Positions 26,865 through 40,506 of a stretch of 64,000 nt of DNA are shown piece by piece. Both the position numbers and the translations under genes were made by a program. The DNA comes from Octopus sinensis (lineage: Eukaryota), in the NCBI RefSeq assembly GCF_006345805.1, contig NC_043001.1:20894001-20958000 (forward strand), given 5' to 3'. The notes below the pieces were generated by a model. It was not told the origin of the DNA and made no database searches. It saw only the letters and a program-made list of their open reading frames with translations. How positions within the stretch are numbered: the first letter of the stretch is position 1; each line of letters begins with the position of its first letter.

Positions 26865-27000
26865 CTATTGAAAAGGTTGCAAGACGCAACGAAAATTTTA
26901 GGAAAATAAAAATAAGAAAAAAGTGGACATTTTACCAGTGAGTGTGTTACATTATAAGGCACAAAAAAGAAAATGACTCTTCCCAGACACAACAGAGAAT
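26865..27000 (+). mobile_element. Penelope-like terminal-repeat remnant with minimal hammerhead-like motif
   Basis: Reverse complement of 7-134. Motif CTA-TTGAAAA-G-GTTGC-aagac-GCAAC-GAAA-ATTT-TAG. Confidence 0.55.
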
Positions 27001-27704
27001 AAGAGTTAAAGCTTTCAACTGATCATAAACATGGCCCTGATGACAAGCTAATTCACAAATGAAAGTAAACTTAATGTGTTTATTTTTAATTTCATATTGC
27101 ATTTTGTGAACAACAGTACCAGTGGTTACAGGTTTCCAATAGGTCAATCGCTAGTTCATTACATTTCTGATAGGGATTGTTTGTGCAACTTGGATGGAAC
27201 AACTATCACAAAGCACTTCATTTGGAAATACTGATTTACCAGTGCTTTCAATGATTTTTATAGCAGCATGATTTTAACATCCACTTTTCCATGCTTGCAT
27301 GGGGCAGATGGAGTTGAGACAGATTTTCTACAGCCAGATGCCTTTCCTGTAACCAACTTTCACCTGTTTCCAAGCAAGGTAATATTTCCTTATAGCCAGA
27401 TATGCTTTTGCAGAATATTGGAAATGAATAGCACTGCTTGTGTGACAGTGACATTTATTTACAACAATAATTTAATGTCAAGACAAGGAGACATGATCAT
27501 ACATTTACATTCCATCACACATATGATAGGCATCTTCCAGTTTCCACCTACCAAATCCATTCACAAGACTTTGATTTGCCCAGGGCTATAGTAGAAGACA
27601 TTTGCCCATGGTGCCATACAAAAGGACAACCAGAAACCATGTGATTGGGAAGCAAACTTCTTAACCACACAGCCACCCCTGTGCCTATATATATATATAT
27701 ATAT

Positions 27705-27990
27705 CACCGTGACCGACCAGGCTATCAGATGTTGCCACACATCGCTGGTCACAATGCGCTTCGCATTGTTTTAGCCTTCAAGTGACGCCACCCCACTGGC
27801 TAAGCGAGCAGGCCAACAGAAGAAAGAGTGAGAGAAAGTTGTGGCAAAAGAGTACAGCAGGGATTGCCACCACCCCCTACCAGAGCATCGTGGAGCTTTT
27901 AGGTGTTTTCGCTCAATTAAACACAATGCCTGGTCTGGGAATCGAAGCCGTGAGTCCCCTGCCCTAACCACTGGGCCATTGCGCCTCCAC
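27705..27990 (-). mobile_element. tRNA(Arg)-derived SINE, tail type B
   Basis: Same head as 25457 with a different 3' tail ending GGTCGGTCACGGTGA(TA)n; sisters at 30065-30362 (-) and 32960-33275 (+). Confidence 0.85.
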
Positions 27991-28889
27991 ATATATATAT
28001 GTTGTTTGTTCCTTTTCGAGCCATGCTTGGCTCATAAAGACCGGTTTTCCAGTTTCATTAGCGTATAGGTTACCCACCTGGATGGGACACTAGATGCAGG
28101 AGGAGAAAGTTGTGGCAAAAGAGTCAGCTGAAGTTTGCCATTACCTTCTGCCAGAGTCATGTGGAGCTTAGGTGTTTCGCTCATAAACACACATCGCTCC
28201 GGTCTGAGATTCAAACCCGCGAGCCCACTAGGCCATGTACCTCAACACACATGCACACACAATGTTTTTGTGTAAAGAGTACAGTAGAATTTCCATCTAC
28301 TAAATTCCACTGATAAGTCATTGGACCAACTAGAGGCTATGATAGAAGACCCTTCAAGGTGATGGTGTTGAACCCAGAAACTATGGTTGCATAGTGAATT
28401 TCTTATCCGCAGTAAATAAAAGATGATGATCAGGTGATTCTGCAGATCTTTTATTTGTTTCACTCATTAGACTTTGGTCATGCAAGAGCACTGCTTTGAA
28501 GAATTTTTAGTCAAATGAATTGATTCCAGTACTCTCTTTTTGTTAAGTCTGGTACTTCTGTTGTCAGGCCACTAAATTACGGTGATGTAAACACATAAAC
28601 ACCAGTTGTCAAATGGTGGGGAGAACAGATGTGCACACACACACACACATATATACAACAGGCTTCTTTCAATTTCCATCTACTACATCCACTCAGAGGG
28701 CTTTGGTCAGTCCAAGGCTATAGTAGAAGGCATTTAGCCAAGGTGCTGTGTAGTGGGACTGAACCCGGAACCATGTGGTTGAGAAGCAAACTTCTTATCA
28801 TACAGCCACACCTAGTTCAATTTTATGTAATAATCCCATAGAAAAGGCCCAACAAATACAAGAGATTTTAGCCTTTTTAAATCTTTTTA

Positions 28890-29280
28890 CTCTTACTTGT
28901 TTCAGTCATCTGACTGTGGCCATGCTGGAGCACTACCTTTAGTCGAGCAAATCGACCCCAGGACTTATTCTTTGTAAGCCTAGTACTTATTCTATTGGTC
29001 TCTTTTGCCAAACCGCTAAGTTACGGGGACGTAAACACACCAGCATTGGTTGTCAAGCGATGTTGGGGGGACAAACACAGACACACTAACATATACACAC
29101 ACATATATATATATATACATATATACGACAGGCTTCTTTCAGTTTCCATCTACCAAATCCACTCACAAGGCTTTGATCGATCCAAGGCTATAGCAGAAGA
29201 CACTTGCCCAAGGTGCCACACAGTGGGACTGAACCCGGAACCATGTGGTTGGTAAACAAGCTACTTACCACACAGACACT
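28890..29280 (-). mobile_element. tRNA-derived SINE with CORE-like box and internal (TA/TG)n; representative of more than 10 copies (e.g. 30430, 34420, 35920, 45366, 50920, 54088, 55780, 56455, 59985)
   Basis: Head TGTGTGGTAAGTAGCTTG..GGTTCAGTCCCAC, CORE-like GGCACCTTGGGCAAGTG, tail CAGCATGGCCACAGTCA.ATGACTGAAACAAGTAA. Confidence 0.85.
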
Positions 29281-30371
29281 CCTACATCTATCAATGATGT
29301 TCAATGCAGAAAATGTAAAGTATTCAAAATATTGTATCAGAAAGTAAAGAAATAAAAAAAAAATAGATGACATAGAAATATTCAATCAATGATTGAAATT
29401 CTGTTAACTGATCAGACATTCCCAATATCCAATATGCTGATCACTTCTACTACAACATTGAAATACTAGATGGAACAAGCTACCTGCATCAGTTGTTAGT
29501 TGCTGAGACATCACATCCTTTAAAACCTCCATGCTTCCTGAAATTCGCCAACACTACACCTGATATCTTCCCCTCCATACACATGCACATATGTATATCA
29601 TGACCCATACACTGTTCACTTTCCTGACTTTAGTACATAGTTCTATGTATTGTACATGCACCTTTAATGAGTTGTAGTGCACCTGAGCACTATACACAAT
29701 AATTTCATTATTATATTATTAGTTTCAAAATTTTGACACAAGGCCAGCAACTTTGGGGTAGGGGGTAAGTTGATTACATTGATCCCAGTGTTCAACTGGT
29801 ACTTATTTTATTGGTTCTGTGTTTGTGTGTATGTATGTAAATACATATATATATATATCAGAGCAGTACACTACTAGCCATATAGTTGACACAGGGGCAT
29901 AGATGTGGGACTTCCAGGATTCTTGTACACCCAGGACAATTTCATAACAGCTCTTCTCTTTCTCTATCCATATATATATATATATGTGTGTGTTTGTGAC
30001 TGTGTGGCTTACGCTGTCTTATATATATTTATATATACATATATATATGTGTTATATATATATATCACGTGACCGACCAGTCCATCAGATGTAGTTACAC
30101 ATCGCTGGTCACAATGCGTTCGCATTGTTTTAGCCTTCAAATGACACCACCCCGCTGGCTAAGCGAGCAGGCCAACAGAAGAAAGAGTGGGAGAAAGTTG
30201 TGGTGAAAGAGTACAGCAGGGATCACCACCCCCTGCCGGAGCCTCGTGGAGCTTTTAGGTGTTTTCGCTCAATAAACACTCACAACGCCCGGTCTGGGAA
30301 TCGAAACCGCGATCCTGCGACCGCGAGTCCGCTGCCCTAACCACTAGGCCATTGCGCCTCCACACATACAT

Positions 30372-30416
<45 letters not shown>

Positions 30417-31339
30417 TATATATACATAGGTACAGGTGTGACTGTGTGGTAAGAAGTTTGTTTCCCAACCTCATGGTTCCGGGTTCAGTCCCACTGCATG
30501 GCACCTTAGGCAAATGTCTTCTAACTATAGCTTCAGGCCAGCCAAAGCCTTGTGAATATATTTGGTAGATGGAAACTGAAAGAAGCCCATCATATATGTA
30601 CGTGTGTGTGTCAGTGTGTCTGCATTTGTCCTCCCTCACCACGACTTGACAGCTACTGCTTGTGTGTATATGTCCCCATGACTTGACACTTCAGCAAAAG
30701 AAACTGATAGAATAAGTACTAGGCTTTAAAAGCAAAGGCAGCTTTGATGAAATTTGGACTCAGAACACAAAGACAGATGAAACATTGCAAAGTATTCTAC
30801 CCAACATATTAACAGTTCTGCCAGCTTGCCACCTTTATCAAATTTTGGCACAAGACCAGCAATTTCAGTGGAGGAGGTAAGTTGAGTACATCGACCCCAG
30901 TCCTCACATGGTACTCCTTTTATTGACCAAGAAAGAATGAAAGTCAGCCTCAACAACATTTGAACTCAGAACATAAAGATGGACGAAATTCTGCAAGGCA
31001 TCTTGCCCACCATGCTAATGGTTTTTCTAACTCACTGCCTTAAAGACAGGAAATATTTATTTCTTTATTGCCCACAGGGGGGGGGGGCAATAGAAGGGAG
31101 AAACAAGGACAGACAAAGGGGTTAAGTCAATTACATTGACACCAGTGCGTAAGTGGTACTTATTTAATCGATCCTGAAAGGAGGAAAAGCGAAGTCAACC
31201 TCAGCAGAATTTGAACTCAGAATGTAATTAATGGCAGACATAAATACAAGAAATATTAGAATCTGCCAGCAAGCAGAAAAATTACTTAAAATGGTTAAAA
31301 TTTAAGACTACAAGACATGTTGGTGCTGACTATTTGACG

Positions 31340-31978
31340 AGCCGCTCTCCGGCTATCTATCTGAGGCTTTATATAGCTATGGTGCAGCCTCACCTGGAAT
31401 TTGCATCACCAGTCTGGAACCCCTATTTTGCCCAGGATACTAATCATCTGGAAACTGTTCAGTGATGTGCAACCAAGAGAATACCCTCCATCAGGCATTT
31501 GCCATATTCTGAACGCCTTACTTCCCTGGGCATGGACACATTAAAATCCGATGTCTGGCAGCTGAATTGGCAGACACCCATAAAATTATTAACCATCTTA
31601 CAAGCAATAACTCTGAGCACCTTTTCAAACTCCACCTGTCTAACACCCATAGACATGTTTACAAAGTCAGAAAACAGCACAGCTCCCATGACTTTCGGAA
31701 ACATTTTTTTCACACTAAGAGTTGCTGAAACATGTAACAAACTGCCGGCATCAGTTGTTAGTTGTCGGAGCACTGCATCCTTCAAAACTTCCATGCTTCC
31801 TGAGATTCACCAACACTACACCTGATTTTCTCCCCTCCATACACATGCAAGCATGTATCTGACTCGTACACTGTTCACTTCCCAGACATTTGTACATTAC
31901 TGCATATGCTTTATACGCACTTTTGACAAGTTGTGGTGCACCTGAGCACTGTATACAATAATTTCGTTATTATTATTA
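31340..31978 (+). mobile_element. CR1/L2-group LINE 3' fragment
   Basis: LYIAMVQPHLEFASPVWNP...LPYSERL...FFTLRVAETCNKLPASVV, with an (ATT)n tail. Confidence 0.85.
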
Positions 31979-34704
31979 TATGTGTGTGTGTGTTGGTGTG
32001 TTTGCCTTTGTCCTCCCTCACCACCACTTGACAGCTACTATTTGTATGTATACGTGTCCATGACTTAACAGTTCAGCAAAAGAAACTGATGAAATAAGTA
32101 CTAGGCTTTAAAAAGTATCAAGGTAGATGCATTCTACTTAAATTCTTCAAGGTGGTGCCCCAGAATGGCCACAGTCTAAATGACTGAAACAAGTAAAAGA
32201 AGATATATATGACAGGCTTGTCTCAGTATCTATCAACCTAATCCACTCACAAGGCTTTGGTTGCCTTGTAGGGAGATATAACAGGAGATAGTTGCCCAAG
32301 GTGACTTGCAGTGGGACTGAACCTGAAACCTCATGGTCTGGAAGAAAGCTTTTAAAACTATATCAATTATCTTAAATGAAATTAACGAGAAAGAAAATAA
32401 AGGAAATAATTCTAAATCTGAAGCAAAACAGTAACAACATTAAATCAATGCCTCCCCACTTCACCTCTTGATTATAAATTATATCAGCTTATATAGATAT
32501 ATACATATATACGACAGGCTTCTTTCAGTTTCTGTCTACCAAATCCACTCACTTTGGTTGGCTCAAGGCTATAGAAGAAGACATTTCACCAAGGTGCCAT
32601 GCAGTGGGACTGAACCTGGAACTATGTGGATACTAAGCAAGCTACTTACCACACAGCCACTCCTGCACCTTGATATTAATTTATATCAGCTTTTGAATAT
32701 TTCATGCTATATTCTTTTATTCTTTTACTTGTTTCAGTCGTTGACTGTGGCCATCATAGAGCGTCGCCTTTAGTTGAGCAAATCAACCCCAGGACTTATT
32801 CTTTGTAAGCCTAGTACTTATTCTATTGGTGTCTTTTGCTGAACCGCTAAGTTACGGGGACGTAAATTCACCAGCATCAGTTGTCAAGCTATGTTGAGAG
32901 GACAAACACAGACACAGAAACACATACACACACATATATGTGTGTGTGCGCGTGTATGTGTGTGGAGGCGCAATGGCCCCAGTGGTTAGGGCATAGGGCT
33001 CGCTGTCATAGGATCTCGGTTTCGACTCTCAGACCGGGCGTTGTGAGTGTTTATTGAGCGAAAACACCTAAAAAGTTCCACGAGGCTCTGGCAGGGGGTG
33101 ATGGCAATCCCTGCTGTACTCTTTCACCACAACTTTCTCTCACTCTTTCTTCTGTTGGCCTGCTCACTTAGCCAGCAGGGTGGTGTCATTTGAAGGCGAA
33201 AACAATGCGAAGCGCATCGTGACAAGTGATGTGTAGCAACATCTGATAGCCTGGTCGGTCACAGTGATTACAGTGATATATATATATATAAAACAGGCTT
33301 CTTTCAGTTTCTGTCTACCAAATCCACTCACAAGGCTTTGGTCAGCCTGAGGCTATAATAGAAGACACTTACCCAAGGTGCCACGCAGTGGAACTGAACC
33401 TAGAACCATGTGGCTGGTAAGCAAGCTACTTACCATACAGCCATTCCTGAATCATAACTATATTTTTTCTTAACTAAATCATTGTTTTATAAATTTCTTA
33501 AAATATTTAGTTACTGTTCTAAATATCGATCTTGGCTGCGTGGTTAAGAAGCTTGCTTTGTGACTACATGGTTTTGGGTTCAGTCCCTCCGCTCAGTATA
33601 TTTGATGTCTCCTACTATAGCCCCAGGCTAGTCGATGCCTTGCGAGAGAATTTGATAAAAGGAAACTGTTTGGAAGCTCATTGTATACATATACACATGC
33701 ACACTCACACATATGTGTGTGTTCATGTGTAACTCATGCCAGCATCCAGAATGGATGTTAAGGGATGATAATGATGATGTGCAGGCATGGCTGTGTGATA
33801 AGAAGCTTGCTTCTTATCACACAGCCATGTAAGAGGTTTGTTGCCTCAATATGTATTTAAGAAGAAGAATGACCCGCTGTTCTTGAGAAGACCTATTGAG
33901 TCAAGTACGTTAGCACCAACATCAAATGAAAATTGAGTGGAAATAGTAGTTAAGACACCCGTGCCGGTGACACGTTAAAAGAAAAGCGCCGTCCGAATGT
34001 GGCAGATGCCAGCACCGCCTGACTGGCTTCCGTGTCGGTGACACGTAAAAGCACCAACCGATCGTGGCCATTTGCCAGTCTCCTCTGGCCCCTGTGCCGG
34101 TGGCATGTAAAAAGCACCCACTACACTCACGGAGTGGTTGACGTTAGGAAGGGCATCCAGCTGTAGAAACACTGCCAGATCAGACTGGAGCCTGGTGCAG
34201 CCTCCTGGCTTCCCAGACCCCGGTTGAACCGTCCAACCCATGCTATCATGGAAAATGGACGTTAAACGATGATGATGATGAATGTGTTCGGGTAAACAGC
34301 AATCGACAGGCCTTGCTGTTGCCCTCATTATTATCATATCATCTATCATTTCATCTCATTGTGTCCTTGTTCAGCCCACACCTTCCTTTCTTTTGTAAGG
34401 CCCTTGTGGCCAATTAAATGAATAAAAGAAACTTGCTTCCCAACCACTTGGTTCCAGTTCAGTCCCACTGTATGGTACCTTTGGCCCCAGGCACCCCAAA
34501 GCCTTGTGAATGGATTTGGAAGAAGGAAATTAAAAGGAACCATTTGTGTATACATATATGTGTCTGTGTGTGTGTTTGTCTCCCACCACTTCTTAAAAAC
34601 TGGTATTGGTGTGTTTACATCCACATAACTTAGCAGTTTGGCAAAATAGACTGATAGAATAAGTAAAGCTTAAAAAACAATAAGTTCTGGTGTTGATTCA
34701 TTTA

Positions 34705-34821
34705 ACTAAAAATCCTTCAAGGTGGTGCCCCAGCATGGCCACGACTAAAAATCCTTCAAGGTGGTGCCCCAGCATGGCCACGACTAAAAATCCTTCAAGG
34801 TGGTGCCCTAGCATTGCCACG
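34705..34821 (+). repeat. 39-bp tandem triplication inside a SINE tail
   Basis: ACTAAAAATCCTTCAAGGTGGTGCCCCAGCATGGCCACG x3. Confidence 0.9.
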
Positions 34822-35118
34822 GTCTTGTGACTGAAACAAGTAAAAGATAAAAGATGTGTGTGTGTGTTTGTATTTATCTAGCAACACCACTTGACAACCA
34901 AATGTTTATGACTCCATAACTTAGTGGTTCAGCAAAAACGACCAATAAAATAAATAGCAGACTTTAAAGGCATAAGTACTGGGGCCAGTTTGTTCAACTA
35001 AATCCTTTAAGGAGGTGCCCCAGAATGGCCATAGTCCAATGAATGAAACAAGAAAAAGGTTAGAGAGAAATTGTATATCATTTAAAATATTAAGTAAAAC
35101 CCTCATAAATTGTAATGT

Positions 35119-35429
35119 CTTTTTATTTATTTATTTATGCGCCCTAGCCAGGCTCATGGCCCAGTTTCCCGGTTTCTATGGCTTATGTGTACCTCCAGCT
35201 GGACGGGACGCCAGTCCATTGAAGCACTACTCAAGAAACAGGAAGAGAGAGTGAGAGAAAGTTGGGGCAAAAGAGTACAACAGGGGTCACCACCACCCCC
35301 CTGTCGGAGCCTCGTGGAGCTTTAGGTGTTTTCGCTCAATAAACACACACAACACCCGGTCTGGGAATCGAACCATGATCCTTTGACTGCGAGTCCACTG
35401 TCCTAACCACTGGGCCAGTGCGCCTCCAC
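35119..35429 (-). mobile_element. tRNA(Arg)-derived SINE, tail type C, 12-bp TSD
   Basis: TSD AAATTGTAATGT at 35107 and 35430; tail TGGACTGGCGTCCCGTCCAG...(TAAA)n. Confidence 0.85.
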
Positions 35430-36295
35430 AAATTGTAATGTAGTGTTTTGAATTGTTAAAAACATCTTGTGGTGCCCCAGCATGGCCATAGTCCAATGAA
35501 TGAAACAAGAAAAAGGTTAGAGAGAAATTGTATATCATTTAAAATATTAAGTAAAACCCTCATAAATCGTAATGAAGATTGTTTTGAATTGTTAAAAACA
35601 TCTTGTTTGTATTATAGAGTTTTTTTCAGAAAAAAAGTTATATTGTTCAAGAGTTATGTAACCTGATATCTTTCTAGATAGCATTTGAAATTGGGTTCAA
35701 AATGATTCCTAGAGAAATCTGCTAACAAAGCAGGTCAAAAGACAGTCTGTTAGTAGATAAGAAACAGCATCATCATGAACAAGGTGGCTGCAGAAAGCTA
35801 TTTAGAGTAGGATGTGCCATTCCTAAGCGTTTAACAGCAACCAGCAATAAAATTTTCTCATCAACTACACATTTATTTTCTAAGTTCTGTTTTAAAAAAA
35901 CATTCGACTAAATAGACACAGGCGTGGTTTTGTAGTAAAAAATTTGCTTCCCAATCACATGGTTCCAGGTTCAGTCCCACTGCATGACACCTTGGGTAAG
36001 TGCCATCTGCTATAGCCTTGGGCCAACCAAAGACTTGTGAGTGGACTTGGCAGATGGAAACTGAAAGAAACCCATCATATATATGTGTGTGTGTCGTCGT
36101 GTATGTGTTTGTTTTCCACCACTGTTTGACGACCGGTGTTGGTGTGTTTACATCCCATTAGCTTAAAAGACCGATAGAATAAGAAGTACCAGACTTTACA
36201 TTTAGTAAGTACTGGAGTCGATATATTCTACTAAAATTCTTCAAAGCAGTGTGCCCCAGCATGGCTGCAGTCTAATGACCAAAGCGAGTAAGATA

Positions 36296-36665
36296 TCTCT
36301 CTATATATAAACGGCAGTTTGTCTGTGTGTGTTTCTGTGTGTCTGTTAGGTTGTACCCTCACCCTGACCACGGCTTTCAACCGATTCTGATGAAACTTAA
36401 CACACACATAGCCCAATGTCATAATTCAAAACTAACGCAGCGAAAATTTTGAAAAGTTCCCCCAGTTCTGAAAAAAATCGATAAATTCGACATGGGGTCG
36501 AGAATCAGAAACACAAACCACAGACTGTCTAGGGGACGCAACTCGACCTTTTTAACTAAAAAAAATTTACCATAATTTTTTTTCCATTTTTTGGCTATAA
36601 CTCTCTAAAAATGCTTTATAGTTATTTCCCTTACAAACCCGAGCAACGCCGGGCGATACTGCTAG
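36296..36665 (+). mobile_element. Non-autonomous Helitron
   Basis: A|TC 5' end, subterminal hairpin CCCGAGCAACGCCGGG, CTAG|T 3' end, no TSD. Confidence 0.85.
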
Positions 36666-36789
36666 TAGAACATAAAAGATAAATTGTACTAGGCACAGAT
36701 ATAGATATGTTATGAAGAAGCTCACTATGTAACCACATGATCCCAGGTTCAATGCATTTTGGGGAAAAAAACACAGTGTTGGTATACTC

Positions 36790-37521
36790 TCTCTACAACA
36801 TTAATATCAAGATGTCTTCTTGTGAACATGACCTGGGCATTACTGTCAGCAACGATTTGTGCTGGACAAAGCACATCTCTAAAATTGTCAAGAAGGCTGA
36901 AGGTGCCTTGGCATCACTCAGCAAAACCTTTGTCAGCCACTCTCCAGTTAACTATTTTAGGCTGTGTATATGGCTATGGTGTGGCCACACTTGGAATTTG
37001 CTTCATCAGTCTGTAGCCTCTACCTAGCTCAGGACATTGACCTCCTGGAAACTGTTCAGAGACATGCAACCAAACAAATACCCTTCATCAGGCATCTACA
37101 ATACCTCGCTTCCCTGGGGATAGATACACTGAAGCTCCAACATCTGGCAACTGACTTGGTAAACACCCACAAAGTAAATACCTTGAACACCTTTTTGAGC
37201 TCCATGTGTCTAACACACGTGGGCATGCCTACAAAGTCAGAAAACAATACAGCTCCCATGACTTTGGGAAACATTTTTTCACACTCAGAGCTGCTGAAGC
37301 ATGGAACAAACTACCTGCATTAGTTGTTAGTTGCCAAGCCATTGCATCCTTTAAAACCTCCATGCTTCCTGAAATCCACCAACACTACACCTGATATTGC
37401 TCCCTCCATATGCATGCACACATATCACGACTCATGTACTGTTCACTTTCCCGACATTTGCACCTTTGATGAGTTGTAGTGCACCTGAGCACTATAAACA
37501 ATAATTTCATTATTATTATTA
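36790..37521 (+). mobile_element. CR1/L2-group LINE 3' fragment
   Basis: E.DLGITVSNDL.W.KHI...HLEFAS...FFTLRAAEAWNKLP, with an (ATT)n tail. Confidence 0.85.
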
Positions 37522-37738
37522 TAAAGGTGGTGAGCTGACAGAATTGTTAGCATGCTGCGCAAAATACTTAAGCAGTATTTCACCTATCTTTATGTTCTGA
37601 GTTCAAATGCCACCGGGGTCAACTTTGCCCTTCATCCTTTCGGGGTCGATAAATTAAGTATCAGTTACACACTAAGGTCAATGTGATCAACTGGTCCCCT
37701 TCCGCAAAATTTCAGGCCTTGTGCCCATAATAGAAAGG

Positions 37739-37776
<38 letters not shown>

Positions 37777-37796
37777 CATCATCATCATCATCATCA

Positions 37797-37849
<53 letters not shown>

Positions 37850-40506
37850 GGGTTCGTGCCAGGGAAAAGTACTACTGATGCTATATTCCTGGTAAGACAG
37901 CTGCAGGAGAAATACCTAGCCAAAGATAAGCCCTTGTACCTGGCTTTTGTTGACTTGGAGAAAGCCTTTGACAGGGTCCCCCGATCCCTTATCTGGTGGT
38001 CAATGAGGAAACTAGGGATAGATGAATGGTTGGTGAGAGCTGTGCAAGCCATGTACAGAGACGCTGCTAGTAAGGTGAGGGTTGGCAACGAGTACAGTGA
38101 AGAATTCCGGGTAGAGGTTGGGGTCCACCAAGGTTCAGTCCTCAGTCCCCTCCTATTTATCATAGTCCTCCAGGCAATAACGGAGGAATTCAAGACAGGA
38201 TGCCCCTGGGAGCTCCTCTATGCTGATGACCTTGCTCTAATTGCTGAGTCACTATCAGAACTGGAGGAGAAGTTTCAGGTGTGGAAACAAGGATTAGAAT
38301 CGAAGGGCCTTAGAATCAACCTAGCCAAAACCAAAGTCCTAATAAGTAGGAAGGTGGACCAATCACAAACGACTTCAGGTAGATGGCCCTGCTCGATCTG
38401 TAAAAAAAGGTGTAGGTAGAAACTCTATAAGGTGCACCAAGTGTAAGCTATGGACACATAAGAGGTGCAGCAATGTCAAAGGAAGGCTAACTAGGAAAAT
38501 AGTTTTTGTCTGTGGCAGATGCTCAGGAGCAATAAACACTGGAAATGTGCAGAGACCAACTTCTACCATGTTCCAGGGAGACAAACTAGAAGTAGTTGAT
38601 AGCTTCCGCTACCTAGGAGACCAAGTCAGTAGCGGGGGTGGGTGTGCTGAAAGTGTAACTGCTAGAGTAAGAATAGCCTGGGCAAAGTTTAGAGAGCTCT
38701 TACCCCTGCTGGTGACAAAAGGCCTCTCGCTCAGAGTAAAAGGCAGACTGTATGATGCATGTGTACGTACAGCCATGCTACATGGTAGTGAAACATGGGC
38801 CGTGACTGCTGAGGATATGCGTAAGCTCGCAAGAAATGAAGCCAGTATGCTCCAATGAATGTGTAATGTCAGTGTTCATAATCGTCAGAGTGTAAGTACC
38901 TTGAGAGAAAAGTTGAATCTAAGAAGCATCAGTTGTGGTGTGCAAGAGAGACGGCTGCGCTGGTATGGTCATGTGACGAGAATGGCTGAAGATAGTTGTG
39001 TGCAAAAGTGCTACACCCTAGCAGTTGAGGGAACCTGTGGAAGAGGTAGACCCAGGAAAACCTGGGATGAGGTGGTGAAGCACGACCTTCGAACTTTAGG
39101 TCTCATTAAGGAAATGACTAGAGACCGAGACCTATGGAAGTATGCTGTGCGTGAGAAGACCCGGCAAGACTAGTCAGGCCATAACCCGTGGCCCCTACCT
39201 GGGACGTAGTCAGTCCACCTGTGCATACCTTCCTTCTTGTGACACTTATGAAGACCTGTTGAGGCAAGTGAAAATCAAATCAAAACAAATCAAAATAGAT
39301 GAACATCAATGGAATTTGTATCTTTGTGGTACCAGTGCCGGTGGCACACAAGAAAACCATCCGAACATGGCCGTAGTCAGTACATTGACTGGCCTCCGTG
39401 CTGTGGGCACATAACAAACACCATCCGATCGTGGCCGTTCACCAGCCTCATCTGGCACCTGTGTCGGTGGCACATAAAAACACCATCCGAAGACCCGGCA
39501 AGACTAGTCAGGGCATAACCCGTGACCCCTACCTGGGACATAGTCAGTCCACCTGTGCATACCTTCCTTCTTGTGACACTTGTGAAGACCTGTTGAGGCA
39601 AGTAAAAATCAAAACAAATCAAAATAGATGAACATCAATGGAATTTGTATCTTTGTGGTACCAGTGCCGGTGGCACACAAGAAAACCATCCGAGCGTGGC
39701 GGTAGTCAGTACCACATCGACTGGCCTCCGTGCTGTGGGCACGTAACAAACACCATCCGATCGTGGCCGTTCGCCAGCCTCATCTGGCACCTGTGTCGGT
39801 GGCACATAAAAACACCATCCGAAGACCCGGCAAGACTAGTCAGGCCATAACCCGTGGCCCCTACCTGGGACGTAGTCAGGCCATAACCCGTGGCCCCTAC
39901 CTGGGACGTAGTCAGTCCACCTGTGCATACCTTCCTTCTTATGACACTTGTGAAGACCTGTTGAGGCAAGTGTGTGACACTTGTGAAGACCTGTTGAGGC
40001 AAGTGAAAATCAAAAAATCAAAATAGATGAACATCAATGGAATTTGTATCTTTGTGGTACCAATGCCGGTGACACACAAGAAAACCATCTAAACGTGGCC
40101 GTAGCCAGTACCGCATCGACTGGCCTCCGTGCTGTGGGCACGTAACAAACACCATCTGATCGTGGCCGTTCACCAGCCTCATCTGGCACTTGTGTCGGTG
40201 GCACATAAAAACACCATCCAAGCGTGGCCGTCTGCCAGCCTCGTCTGGCACCTGTGTCGGTGGCACATAAAAAACACCATCCGAGCGTGGCCATTCACCA
40301 GCCTCGTCTGGCACCTGTGTCGGTGGCACATAAAATCACCCACTACACTCTCGGAGTGGTTTGCGTTAGGAAGGGCATCCAGCTGTAGAAACACTGCCAG
40401 ATCTGACTGGCCTGGTGCAGCCTTCGGGCTCCCCAGACCCCAGTTGAACCGTCCAACCCATGCTAGCATGGAAAGCGGACGTTAAATGATGATGATGATG
40501 ATGATG

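Noticed and set aside
32085-32200. CTGATGA ... GAAAC in a SINE tail as a hammerhead
   Set aside because: Other copies read CYGATAGA, and no stem II directly links the two boxes. The terminal hairpin is better explained as a LINE-recognition stem.
34705-34821. 39-bp (and 31-bp at 62628) repeats as a CRISPR array
   Set aside because: No spacers, no cas genes, eukaryotic context.
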